In this document: positions 1 through 10,115 of the stretch, piece after piece
How positions within the stretch are numbered: position 1 is the stretch's first letter
Layout of the letters: the number at the start of each line of letters is the position of its first letter
Assembly (NCBI GenBank): GCA_001949185.1
Contig: BDGG01000033.1
Span: forward strand, 1-14,949
Direction: 5' to 3'
Source: Ramazzottius varieornatus
Taxonomy: Eukaryota > Animalia > Tardigrada
DNA length: 14,949 nucleotides
Made by a program: the position numbers and the translations under genes
The notes under the pieces: model-generated
What the model was told of the DNA's origin: nothing
The model's input: only the letters and a program-made list of their open reading frames with translations
The model's database searches: none

Positions 1-203
1 TCAGCAATGGCGTTTATTTTTACAACAAGGCACTTCCACGTTGAGCAATAATATTGAACTGAAGGAGGCACTGACAAATCTTAGTTCCGCGAGGAGAGTT
101 AATTTGTCCACGGTTAATTAGCTGCAGTACTTGTGCGTGCTGAAAACAGCGACGTACCGAAATGTGGATTGACTCGGCACCGCCGTAGACTAGTGAAGAG
201 CAT
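1..203 (-). CDS. Possible 5' end of a divergent gene (MLFTSLRRCRVNPHF/VQYYCSTWK...), mitochondrial-transit-peptide-like N-terminus; runs off the window
   Basis: ATG at 203, candidate exon 203-158, donor GTACGT at 157, acceptor cctccttcAG ending at 59 (99-nt intron); phase matches and the frame stays open to position 1. Arg/Ser/Leu-rich with no acidic residues. No homology recognised. Confidence 0.25.
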
Positions 204-635
204 CCATCAACATATGCGCCATAGTTAAGCGGATCAAGTCATCTTTTGGCTTTTTACGAATTCTTCAATGCAGAACTACTCTAATCCCATTGGCGCCACC
301 GTTTTTTCTGTTTTAGGTGTATGTGGATGACGTAACGAATATTCGCTCCGCCTCGATATTCGCGTAGAGCAGTCAATCAACCGTCTGAACGTTTGTCCCA
401 CTCTCCAGCAACGCAAAGTACAGCAGCTCATCAGTGTACGGCACGCCAAGTTTTACGGTCGCTTTGGTGTTTCGAATTCGGTGGGTAAAGGGTTAGGTGC
501 TGAGCAGCGAACGGGCACCGGTCCGTCGTGTACTGTTCACTAAAATTTCAATTGATACTTACGTTGTTCCTAGTACTGGACGCGACATTTCTTGTTGTCC
601 GGTTTCGAGACAGATTTCGATCTTCGTATTTAGGA

Positions 636-3119
636 ATGGTGTCCACGAGAAGAGCTCAGGCTCTCACCTGTGCTGATACCCCATCGAAAGCTTCCACATC
701 ACAGTCACCTCCGCTGTCCGCCGAACGCGTCGAAGTTGTTTGTAAGTGCTACTGTATGGATTGATTTGCTTGATCCGATACCTGTGCTCTGAAGTGTTTG
801 ACTTTGATTGCGAAGTGTAGCCCGAAACCTGCTGGTCTGCAGACTCCTCTGATTTCCACCAAAGTGATCAAAACCGAAAGGATATGTCGCTCTTAATTTA
901 TTGTCATTCTTGACTTTTCAGCTCCTTCCTCCTCTGCGAAAAAGAAGCCAGAACGTGCACCTAAGGATGCTCCCGCGCCAGAGGTTGCGCCAGTCATTGG
1001 TGTTCCTGTGCAGATAATCGCTATACCAGTCGAAGTCGCGGTAGCGAAGCCTGCGCCTGAGAAGTCACTGAAGAGCAAGGCGCAGACTGCTCAAGCGATC
1101 GCTCCAAAGATCACTCCGAAGATCGCTCCAAAGATCACTCCGAAGGTGGCGAATGTTGATCGGAGAAAGCCTGGCCGACCAAAGAAAGGAACTACTCTTC
1201 CCTCGAAGTTAAAAAGAATCTACAAGAAGCGTTATATCCCCAAAGTCAAGAAAGGCGCAGAGGATGACCAACGTGTGGGGGATTTGACAGCTGAACCGAA
1301 TATCTGTAAACGATGCGGGCTAGACGACACTACCATGATCCATTTCTACCAAAAGCACAACGGCTTGCTCACCGAGGGAGAAAACACCCTATCTATCCCG
1401 GAGAAACGTAGGGTAAGCCTCTCTTCCTTCTTGTTGCCCACAGAATATACCTAAGTGATTCATATGTACAGCGAGGAAGCTTCTTTGTAAGGTAACGTTC
1501 CTATCGTTGCAATTCGCGCATTTACATCACGGAAAAGCAGTCACCGAACGTTGCTGCCGTGACGTCATGCGCGAGCGGACAGAGACAGGTGCACCTGTAG
1601 CAATCACCTGAATACACTTAGTAATGGGTTAGTATGCTACTTAGGTACGCAGGTTCAGTTTGCCGTGCAGATCTGCCCGGTTCTGTCCTGCTTGGCTTTT
1701 TCGATTTTCCTGTGTGCAGATGGGTTAACATCGTCGTCTTGTGGTTTCAGTTTTGGTCGAGGGCGGTAAAAAAGGGTCACAAGCTGCGCTGTCTGCGGCC
1801 GGAATGCGGCTTGCCGATGGCCTCGTCTACAGCCATGGTTTATCACGCCAAGACGTGCGGTGTGACGATCGAGAAGAGGCCCTGTCCTTACTGCCAGAAA
1901 GAGTATTCCGAGTTCACGCTTCAGCAGCATATCAACGAACATGATCGCAGCAATGGAGAATGGAAACGTAAAGGCAAGTATCTCGATGGTTTGTCGGTGG
2001 TGAAGGAGCCCGAGAGCGGAGGCGTCTCCGGCAGCGTTTCACAACTGCCCGGACTGTTCGGTGCGGCGCCTCATGATGTGGAAGAAAAGTCTGGCACTGG
2101 TAGTCCGAAGAAAGGCAAAGCGCCGAAGATAAGGGAAAGTGAAAGATACCAACAACGACACAAGCGGCTGAGCGCTATACGGTAAGAAACCCAAAGTTTA
2201 TATTCTCGCGCACTTCAGCTGCTAGCGTCCACGCAACATGCGCCACTGGGGCGAGAATGCGTTTTTTGTTCAACCTGACGCAGTTGGCCTGTTAACTGCG
2301 GAACAAACTGCGCATCTCCAACGGTGCTGCTCCAAACAGTCTGTGTTTCAAAGTGGCGCTCTGCGCCAGTCGTTCGGCGTTGTTCAGAGATTCGGTAAAT
2401 CGGCGTGGTTCGCATTGCAATTTACATGCAGTTTGCGCCAGTGAGATGGGTACAGACAGACTGACAGTGTATACGTGTTTTCAGGGCTGTTCAACGTTTC
2501 CAGGCGAGCGATGGAGAGGATGAAGATTCTCAGGAATCATTCGAAAACGAAGATGGCGCCTCGGACGAGGATAACGAGGACGATACCCAGTCCGAAGAGT
2601 CAGACGACGAAACGGAAGCTTCGAAGGCAAAAGGTAAGGGGAAGTTTTCAACTCGAGAAAGATCCCGTCTCGGGCAGATTTTTACCGCGTTTCTTGATTG
2701 TAGGTGGAAAAAAGTCGTTGGGCAGAGTCAAGTCCACAAAGTTTACCAGTTCGGTCAACTTCCCTCGGCTGTGCTCTTACTGGAAGCGTTCTTTAGAAGC
2801 TCTGGGCTACGCCAAGTGTGAAGTGCATGGCTGTGACGTGGTGACAGCCACGCTACCCGAGATCATCAAACACCACATGACGTGCTTGAAGCTAGGTCAC
2901 AAGCTTCTACCTGGTGTGGCTAAGCATTCTGACGATTTGATGAAATGCCATAACTGCAAGTACCGATCTCACCAACTCAGACGCATGATCCGACATTACA
3001 AGAATGTACACAAAATGAGTGTTAAAGAGGCGGAAGAGAAAGCTAACGAGAAGAAACTGCTACGTAGCTCGTGGCAGCTTACGCAGAAAGAATACGATGA
3101 CTTGAAACTTTTCGACTGA
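636..3119 (+). CDS. ZNF512/ZNF512B-like zinc-finger chromatin protein (~530 aa; AT-hook, C2HC and C2H2 fingers, acidic tract), 5 exons
   Basis: Exons 636-741, 922-1412, 1751-2181, 2485-2633, 2704-3119 join in frame (1593 nt, all GT-AG with GTAAG donors). Motifs: AT-hook RRKPGRPKK; atypical C2H2 CKRC-x8-HFYQKH; C2HC CLRPEC-x12-HAKTC; C2H2 CPYC-x11-HINEH; acidic exon 4 (DGEDEDSQESFENED...); C2HC CEVHGC-x12-HHMTC preceded by W-x6-G; C2H2 CHNC-x12-HYKNVH. The paired C2HC/C2H2 layout resembles ZNF512-family proteins from memory. The gene structure is more certain than the family call. Confidence 0.8.
1097..1144 (+). repeat. Perfect 24-bp tandem duplication encoding IAPKITPK x2
   Basis: gatcgctccaaagatcactccgaa at 1097-1120 and 1121-1144, in frame within exon 2. 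Confidence 0.95.
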
Positions 3120-3205
3120 GTATGACATTCTTGTTCCGACTCGCTTTCTTCACATTGTTTCGTTCGCATTCTTCCCTTTAGGGTTCTCTTACTTCCTTCT
3201 AGCGT

Positions 3206-3211
3206 ATTAAA
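3206..3211 (+). promoter_or_regulatory. Candidate polyadenylation signal (ATTAAA) of the zinc-finger gene
   Basis: Common poly(A) hexamer variant 87 nt after the stop codon. Confidence 0.35.
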
Positions 3212-3390
3212 CACCAAAGAAAGTCTCTGCTCTCGTGATTATTGATGGGAGGCCGGCCAGCTAAACGTACAACAGCGCTATTTCAAGCGGTGCACGGATC
3301 CAGATAGTAACAATGGAAACGTGCGCCACCTGAGCTACGGTGTCGAACTGTGCGTTTCGTTTGCTGGCCTCCCACATGACCTTTTATGGT

Positions 3391-3396
3391 TTTATT
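3391..3396 (-). promoter_or_regulatory. Candidate polyadenylation signal (AATAAA) of the minus-strand membrane-protein gene
   Basis: tttatt on + strand, about 180 nt past the predicted stop at 3575. Confidence 0.45.
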
Positions 3397-3574
3397 TCTG
3401 CTCATCGTAATGACGGGCGGAGTTCTTTTTAGGGAGTAGTGACAAGCATCAGGAAGCGCTGAGTTTGGGAGAAGAAAAATCGAATTGGCACTGGAGAATA
3501 CATTGTTGACTGAGAGTTTGAGATCTCGACGTGGTTATCGTGGTTCTTGTTAGACCGTAGTAGCCAGCATGTAT

Positions 3575-4191
3575 TCAAAGCCCTGGCATGGGGTGGGAAA
3601 CGACTTCCGTATTGGGCGGGCCTATCGTTTCCTCCGGAAGGTACTTCGCTGGTGCGTGGAAGAACAGGCTGGGAGGTATATAGTCCGGGTCGGGCATATC
3701 TAGGAACGCTTGGTTGAGAGGTTCTTCGGCAATCAAACTACGTCCAGTCCCCACGTTAAAGCTGGTCAACTAGCGTTTGATGCTTTTTTCGTTGTCCGTA
3801 TGGCCCACGTCTGGGCGACTGCCGCTGGCTAATGTATCCATGATACGCATCAAACGCATGGCAGCTAGTTGAGAGGAAGCCCACACTTCCTGTTCGCGTA
3901 ACAACCGAATTGTTGGTAGCAGGTGTAGCACGAACCGGATATGAATACCGTCAGGAAGATCAGCGTAAACCTGCAGACACATGGAGAACACAAATACCTC
4001 TTGCAATATCAGAGGCTTCACATTGGATTCACGCTCCCAGGCAAATATTATTCGGTGAACTTTGACTGTCTTCCCGTACAAATAACATTTTTCTACGTAT
4101 TTGCAGTACGTACCAGAAATACCACAGGTTGTAAAAGATGTCCACCTGTGGACAACAGGTGTCGTTGCAGTACGTCTCATTCCACAAACAC
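3575..4191 (-). CDS. Small single-pass membrane protein, WBP1/VOPP1/Shisa-like (Cys-rich ectodomain-WYFW-TM-Cys-rich juxtamembrane-Pro-rich tail); 5' exons unresolved (probably within ~4285-4830)
   Basis: Exon 4191-4114 (acceptor tttctttgtcgtAG, donor GTACGT) and the exon starting 3970 (acceptor tgtgtctgcAG) splice in phase to CLWNETYCNDTCCPQVDIFYNLWYFW-FTLIFLTVFISGSCYTCYQQFGC. The CC-x-(Y/W)xLWYFW-TM-Cys pattern is typical of this family. A weaker intron 3886-3762 would join the Pro-rich tail FNVGTG...MPDPDYIPPSLFF...PMPGL* (3761-3575); without it the protein ends at ...CGLPLN*. Confidence 0.7.
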
Positions 4192-5561
4192 CTACGACAA
4201 AGAAACCATGGTCGACAGGTCCGATTGTTCTGGAAAATGGCAAAAATTTATAAAGATAAAGGAGAAGATCGGGTCGAGACCTACAAGTATGATACGGTTT
4301 CTTTGGTTCCGAATTGAGCTGTACACAGGAACGTTAGTAAGGTGTGGTTGTTGGAGGTCTGAATGGAGTCATCCAATAGTCTGTCGAACTGAGATATCGG
4401 ACTGAGATCGGCGTTTGCATACATTAGTTTCTAGTACAGTGCCCCATATGAGCAGCGCCGTGTTTTGGGCTCGAAAATGCTCAAAAGTGACAGTCCATGT
4501 TTGTCTGACGAGGCCTGTCTAATCTTACTCAGCGCTGTAAATACCGAAATAGGCGAACAGATTACGAATACCCCATTCCCTGACCCACAGGCAACAGTCC
4601 CGACTCTTCTCACGACATCTCGCTATGAGAAAATCAGTTTACGTCTTATCGTCCGCTACTCCACACATCTCAAAGAACTTTTCGAGCTATTTCCACTGAA
4701 ATAAGGCAGATTCACATCGGTTGAGAGATAGTCTGGGAAAGTTGATCGGCGTGACCTTTTCATGACCAAAACCTTACTTTTAACATTCCGTATTCGGTTA
4801 TGAAGCCCCAGCTTGATCTTAACGCCGTGAGACTGTTAAGCTTGTAATTTAAAACCAAATAATACCATGGAACAGCCAAACCAACTTGGCAAGAAAATTA
4901 AAACTGTTGAATTTGGCCATTTTGACGGGAAATCCCCCTTTGCGGCAAAATTGATGCTCTTGCCTCAAATGATAGATTCATGCTTCCGACAATTTTCCAT
5001 GTGACCAAGTCCTTGTTCTTTTTGTTTTAAATAAGATCACCGCAGGCCGTCAACTGCAAACTCAAGAATGAATTTTGGAAATGGACTCCGAAAACCACGA
5101 AAGTTGTTTGCAGTTTCCCCTGTTCACCATGCCTGGTTTCACGCCGATTTCGACTTCCACTGGGCAGATTGCTAACCAGTTATTTTTTAGGAAATTGCAA
5201 AAAGAATTCTAGACCAAAGAAAGTCAGTTTCGAAGTTGCGCAAGAACCCGGTCGAAGATGCTCTAATTTTATAGGTAATTTTATGGTAGTCACTTGACCG
5301 CCTCGGGCTGTAACACCGCGTGTCCGCTGTTCGTCACGTGTGATTTCAGAACGTACCTCTGCGACCTCTGTTTCAGTGTTTTGGTCGACGGACCTTATGA
5401 CATTCAAGAGCTTGTCCCAGTGAACTACAACTACAATTTAGACAGACCCCCCCCCCCCCACAACTATCGGCCAAAGCTCGTCTTTGACTACGCCCGAGAA
5501 GCAGACCTCATTAGTCTTAATGGGCTCAATGAGTTTGACAAGAGTTTCCCTCCCAGATATA

Positions 5562-5936
5562 TAAAGAAGGCTCGGCGAAGCTAAAGTAAGCCGCTTTATC
5601 CGTTCTTAGCCGAGGCTAAAAATATTTCAGGCGCCGCTAAAGCAGCTAAAGTACTTCTATCCACGGCTAAAATGTATTGTGCGTTCGATTGATTTATTGA
5701 TGTTGAGTCGGCTAAAATAGTTTNNNNNNNNNNNNNNNNNNNNNNNNNNNNNNNNNNNNNNNNNNNNNNNNNNTGAGTCGGCTAAATAGTTTTGGCATTA
5801 ATAAATCATTCGAACGCACAATACATTCTAGCCGTGGTTAAAAGTATTTTAGCTGCTTTAGCCGCGGCGAAAATATTTTTAGCCACGGCTAAGAACGGCT
5901 AAAACGGCATATTTTAGCTTCGCCGAGCCTTCTATA
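5562..5936. mobile_element. Foldback MITE family 1, copy 1 (8-bp TSD; hAT- or P-type), inserted in the LINE endonuclease domain
   Basis: Termini ta(a/t)agaaggctcggcgaagctaaa ... tttagcttcgccgagccttctata; nearly the whole element is an imperfect palindrome with many CGGCTAA/TTAGCCG subrepeats; exact TSD cagatata at 5554-5561 and 5937-5944. Confidence 0.93.
5724..5773. other. Assembly gap (50 N), probably an unmerged overlap
   Basis: tgagtcggctaaa(a)tagttt occurs on both sides of the gap but only once at the centre of the ungapped sister copy (~12003-12022). Confidence 0.85.
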
Positions 5937-7866
5937 CAGATATACGTTCGAAAGGCGCTTTCATAGTTCGCTCCAGCTTAACCATTGACTACTGTCTGGT
6001 GCGGTCCTCCGAGGTGTCCCTCATATCCGCCTTTAAGCTGCTGGACCGACACCTCGGCATCTGGGATCATCTACTCTTAATACTCATAATACCGGGGGTA
6101 CAACTCGGTTTCGCAGCGTACGGTTACCTGGCCTGTAGTGTTTTTTTGTTTGCCTGTAGTGGCAAGTTCTCTATGACATGTAGCCGGTCACCGCTGGCTA
6201 AACACTACGTACGGAATTGGAAATATTTTATAAGGTTCGAGGGCAAACTGCTCCCAACACATGTTCCGGGTCTTCCTTCACGCGCCAAGCGTTTCAACAG
6301 CTGGAAAGAATTCAGATCATGTGGCGGAACATTACGTTGGTTTTGCGCAGTAACATTCGCAATTTCATGGGGGAGCACCGCGATTGGTCTGTACACGCCT
6401 CTATCATGCTTCCAGCCAGTTAAAAGGCTGCGAAACTCAGTTGTACCCCCGGTATTCTGCCAGCATGAAATTGCCTGATATTACAAGTTTTAAGTGTGGG
6501 ATCAAGCTGAACACACTGGGAACACAAGGGGAAAGGCCGCCCATACGCCTCCTGATCAACCGAAAGTCCTCACTAACTGGTTCACTCTGGCCTAGCAAAT
6601 TATTGGCCGTCTGACGTCATCCTTCATTTCTGGGGATTGTGATGGAAGGTCAGCACTTTTCGAAATGGCACTCAGCCCACCAGTTGGGTTTCACAACTGG
6701 CAAGTCCTGCTCTGAACGACTTCTCACATATGCGGCCGCAGTCAAGACCTCCCTGTCCAAAAATAATTACTGTATAGCGGTCTTCCTCGACTCAGAACCG
6801 CCTTCGACACGGTTAACCATGGTGCGCTGATCATACTGCTCAACCTCTCTATGACGCCCCTTCCCCTTCGTAGAATTATCGAATATATCCACCGTAACTC
6901 ACCGTGCAGTGTTTTTGCAAACGGTGAATACGGGGAACCCTTCAGAATTTCAAGAGGTGTAAAGCAAGGGGGGGGGAGCTCTTCATTTTTTACCTCTCGA
7001 TGCTCCGTTCGTACGTCAGCGCACGCAGGCAAGTTGAAGTGACGACGAGCGCTCGCCGCGTTTTCCTGCTGCTAGACGCTGACGACATTGTAGTATTCTC
7101 GATCTCTGCTGAACACACGCAGTTGATCATAGACTGCGTCTGTGAATATATTAAGGCTCTTGGTCTCTCCCTGAACGTTTCCAAGTGCGCACTAATGCAC
7201 ATCAGTAAAACCAAAGCGCGTCTTCAGTCACCTCCGTCCTTTTTCATCAAACAGACGGAAGTCGAGAAGGTAACTCAGTTCAAATACCTCGGAGCCTAGA
7301 TCAACAGCTTCAACAATTACACGCAGACGAGACCAGTGAACGTCCCGACCGCGTGCGCCGCTTCGACTGTAATGCTTCGCGGTCTTACACGAACAGTCGC
7401 GCATGCGCCAGCTGACATGGGAGTGGAACTCTTTGGTACTTTCGTGAATTCGGTGACGTCCACAGGTCACGTCCTTTCTATTGAGTGGCTCCCACCTGAG
7501 ACGCGTCTTGCGGAGAAAGACAAGCTGAACCAAGTTTCAACCCGGTGTGCGGAAAACCTGCATGGTGCAAGGCGAACTACCTCGGACTGTGGATTGTACC
7601 ACATCAAGGTTATACTTCTCATCACTCTTGGAATTGCCCAGAAGACCGTAAACTTCTACACCAAGGTGGCGCCCTTGTCGTCGGATGAGCTCGAAACTTG
7701 TGCCCTGAAAATAATCCTTGTGAACCGGAAGTTGCGGTGTGGAGACTTCTATCGCAAAAATATGTGAGCTTAATCAGACGGAATTTTTCGCGTTAGCCAA
7801 AACACAGTTCTTTGCTGCTGTTCACAGTATGGTTCGGCTGTCGCCCACGCTGGATATTCTTGTGCA

Positions 7867-8640
7867 GATCCCATCTGCTAACACCCTACCGGCCTGGCTG
7901 TCTGACTGCGTCAATTTTCCCGCTCGACTCGCGCACACAATGTGCCTATGACGAATGGCGAACCATCGCGGGTACAGTAGCGCCTCAGCAGCAGGCAGTT
8001 CCTCCTCCTGTTCTCATCCAACAGCCATCTCAACCGAACGCCCAACAAGCCGACCTGATGAAGACCTACGTCAACACCGGCAGGCCTGACGTGAAAATGG
8101 ACTTCCGCTCGAATGGCCCGCCGCATGAATCATTCGACCGAAATCGGCTGTGACCGACTACCCTTCCATTACAACGACCACAACCATATCAAAAATCACC
8201 GCTCCAACGACCGAAAGCCGGGTAACAACGCCGGCGACCAGCGACAAGGTTTCAAAGGAAGAAACAGCAAGAAGGCAGCCGGGAGCTATGTTGGACAAAA
8301 CCACAGTGGACGCGGTGGTGGTCGTCACAATAGACACAGTGGCGGCGGACACTACCGAGGACGCCATTGTGGGGGACATAGGGGGCGCGGCAACGGACAC
8401 TGGGGACATGGTGGTGGCGGTCACGGTAAGCACGGATGGCACAAGCGCGAATATGGACGGACCGGGCACCCTCGCTCTGGGCACCAAGAAACAACGACAA
8501 CGAAGTGAATCTTCTACAGGATGACGCTGAAGGACCCAACCGGGAACCCAACGCGACGCCTTCACTGCGATGGAAGGAAACAACGCTAGTTCCACCAGGA
8601 CGCGGAAGAAGAGTATTCCTTGGAAGAGTATGAAAATACA
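7867..8640 (+). repeat. Long inverted repeat, copy 1 (>=774 bp), carrying broken Gln/Pro-rich and Gly/His/Arg-rich frames
   Basis: Reverse complement of 14177-14949. Mirror ORFs in several frames translate identically (e.g. 8113-8508 vs 14309-14704); the only difference I spotted is a 1-nt indel near 7880. The left limit is set by the window end for copy 2. Confidence 0.97.
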
Positions 8641-9440
8641 CTCACAAGCCTTCCTGGCCAATAATCATTCCCTATGAATAGCGCAATATGTTAGCATCTC
8701 GCTGTATTACAAGCTCACCGTCCGAAATGTATCATTAACCGCTCTTGCAAACTGAATATCCCGCCTAGAATACCCGCTGAACCCTTTCACGATCGATGTA
8801 GACTTGTTATCGGATATTAATCTACCTTTTATCCTCCGAACATCGAGGAGGCAGTTGACTTAGTTGTCGAGGCTGAAAATAAATCTCTCTCGTACCCAAT
8901 GACATAACGAACACACGGAACGGCTTCCCAGCATCAGATACCACTCAACTCATAAAACGGTAATCAATCAATCAATATTATTCCAATCTTGAAAAAATCG
9001 GTTCGAATGCGATTAGAGCACTGGGTCGCCTGACCATTAAAGAAAGGATCTCCGTACGTGTGTACCAATGACCAATTTGCCAGTTCCAGCGTTCGTGGCA
9101 GGTCGCACAAGCAAACTGCGTGGTTTTCGATGTCAGGCTGGGTTACAGTGATGTGCTGCTGAACCGCCCACCATACGGAGAACGGCAAGCCACAACGGAC
9201 ACCTTGAAAACTAACTAATCATGATAGGGACGGCTTGCAATTCGTGCCAGTACCAACCACAGCTTAAAATGTTACCAGGGCTGAGTTTTTGACCAGACCG
9301 AAGCTTAATTTTCTTTGTTCGCACGTATAGTGTCGAGAAAAGCTGCGAACACTATCAGTTTCTACATTGTGAGATATCGGTTAGTAGTATGCAGAATAAC
9401 ATTTGAATTCCATGGCAAGTCCGAGCGAGTCTGAGTTTAC

Positions 9441-10020
9441 TAAGGTTGTAAATTCCTAATTCCATTCCTTTCCAAATTCCGTTCCATTCCTGAAATTCCG
9501 TTCCGTTCCAAGGAGTAGCCGTTTGGAACGGTGGAATTCGTATTTGGAAAACTAGCAAAAGTCGGAGCAAATTTAGGAATTCCACGAGGTAAATAGTCGA
9601 AGATCCAGCAGATCCTGTCGAAAAACTGAACCCGATGCTGGCTCACACATGGGTACCACTGGAGCTAATTGGTCGTTCAACTGAACGACCAATAGCATTT
9701 TCGATCCGTCGCACTAAAGTATGCGGCGCATTCAACTGTCCGTAAGTCCTTGGCTTTCCCTTGGACTTTCAGGTTCGACAAGACCGAAAGTTCGGATCGG
9801 CCAATCTCCAGCGGACTTTCAGTCTCAAAACCAATATTTATTGATGACTACAGATCATGTTTACTGTTTTAGATGAGTATATAAAAAGAACGAAATTGAC
9901 AAATGGAACTTTGAAATTCCAGATTCTTGCGAGGACCTTCTGGAGAAGGAAATAGGAATATTAGGGATTCCTTTCCTATTTTCCATTCCAAGGGTATTTT
10001 GCCTGGACTTTACAACCTTA
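9441..10020. mobile_element. Non-autonomous hAT-like element A (580 bp)
   Basis: TIR taaggttgtaaa(t/g)tcc (16 bp, 1 mismatch); exact 8-bp TSD gagtttac at 9433-9440 and 10021-10028; subterminal ATTCC/GGAAT repeats; internal 12-bp hairpin 9668-9693. Confidence 0.92.
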
Positions 10021-10115
10021 GAGTTTACATCCCGGCGGCCCCACCCATGTTTGCTTGTGGCGTCATCAATCACGATATTGATTATGGCGTTTCACCTACC
10101 ATCAATGGGCGGTTG

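Larger units (their letters stand above)
5030..7930 (+). mobile_element. Decayed non-LTR retrotransposon (LINE) ORF2: AP endonuclease + reverse transcriptase; boundaries approximate
   Basis: APE-like motifs: FVTCDFR (~5339, GDFN equivalent), LISLNG...PRY/TF, TIDYCLV (5981), WDH (6062, SDH equivalent). RT motifs: SLTGSL..SKLL, HQLGFTTGKSC, CIAVFLD/AFDTVNH, RGVKQG (~6955), LDADDIV (7075, YADD equivalent), GLSLNVSKC, FKYLG (7279). Many frameshifts and stops, so non-functional. Clade not determinable by eye. Confidence 0.9.

Noticed and set aside
427-434. CTGATGAG on the minus strand (hammerhead core or snoRNA box)
   Set aside because: No following stem II plus GAAA and no matching box partner.
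821-880. Possible extra exon (PKPAGLQTPLISTKVIKTE) in zinc-finger intron 1
   Set aside because: The phase does not match exon 1 and there is no canonical GT donor at its apparent end; exon 1 joins 922 cleanly.
3770-4405. 157-aa minus ORF and 154-aa plus ORF from the track
   Set aside because: They run through introns and are off-frame or antisense to the spliced membrane-protein gene.
5999-7951. ORFs in this interval as host genes or an active reverse transcriptase system
   Set aside because: They are fragments of one frameshifted LINE ORF2 with altered catalytic-region motifs.
8055-8096. Hammerhead-ribozyme-like CTGATGA...GAAA in the duplicated segment
   Set aside because: Stem II cannot be closed directly between CTGATGA and GAAA, and no stem I/III partner or NUH cleavage site is evident; at best a decayed relic. 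An Infernal search would settle it.
8113-8508. Gly/His-rich ORF as an antimicrobial peptide gene
   Set aside because: No signal peptide or splice-supported leader; it sits among frameshifted frames in repeat DNA, so composition alone is not enough.
8150-8661. Thr/Val-rich mucin-like ORFs and their antisense partners (also mirrored at 14222-14667)
   Set aside because: Shadow frames of low-complexity GC-rich sequence with no independent support.
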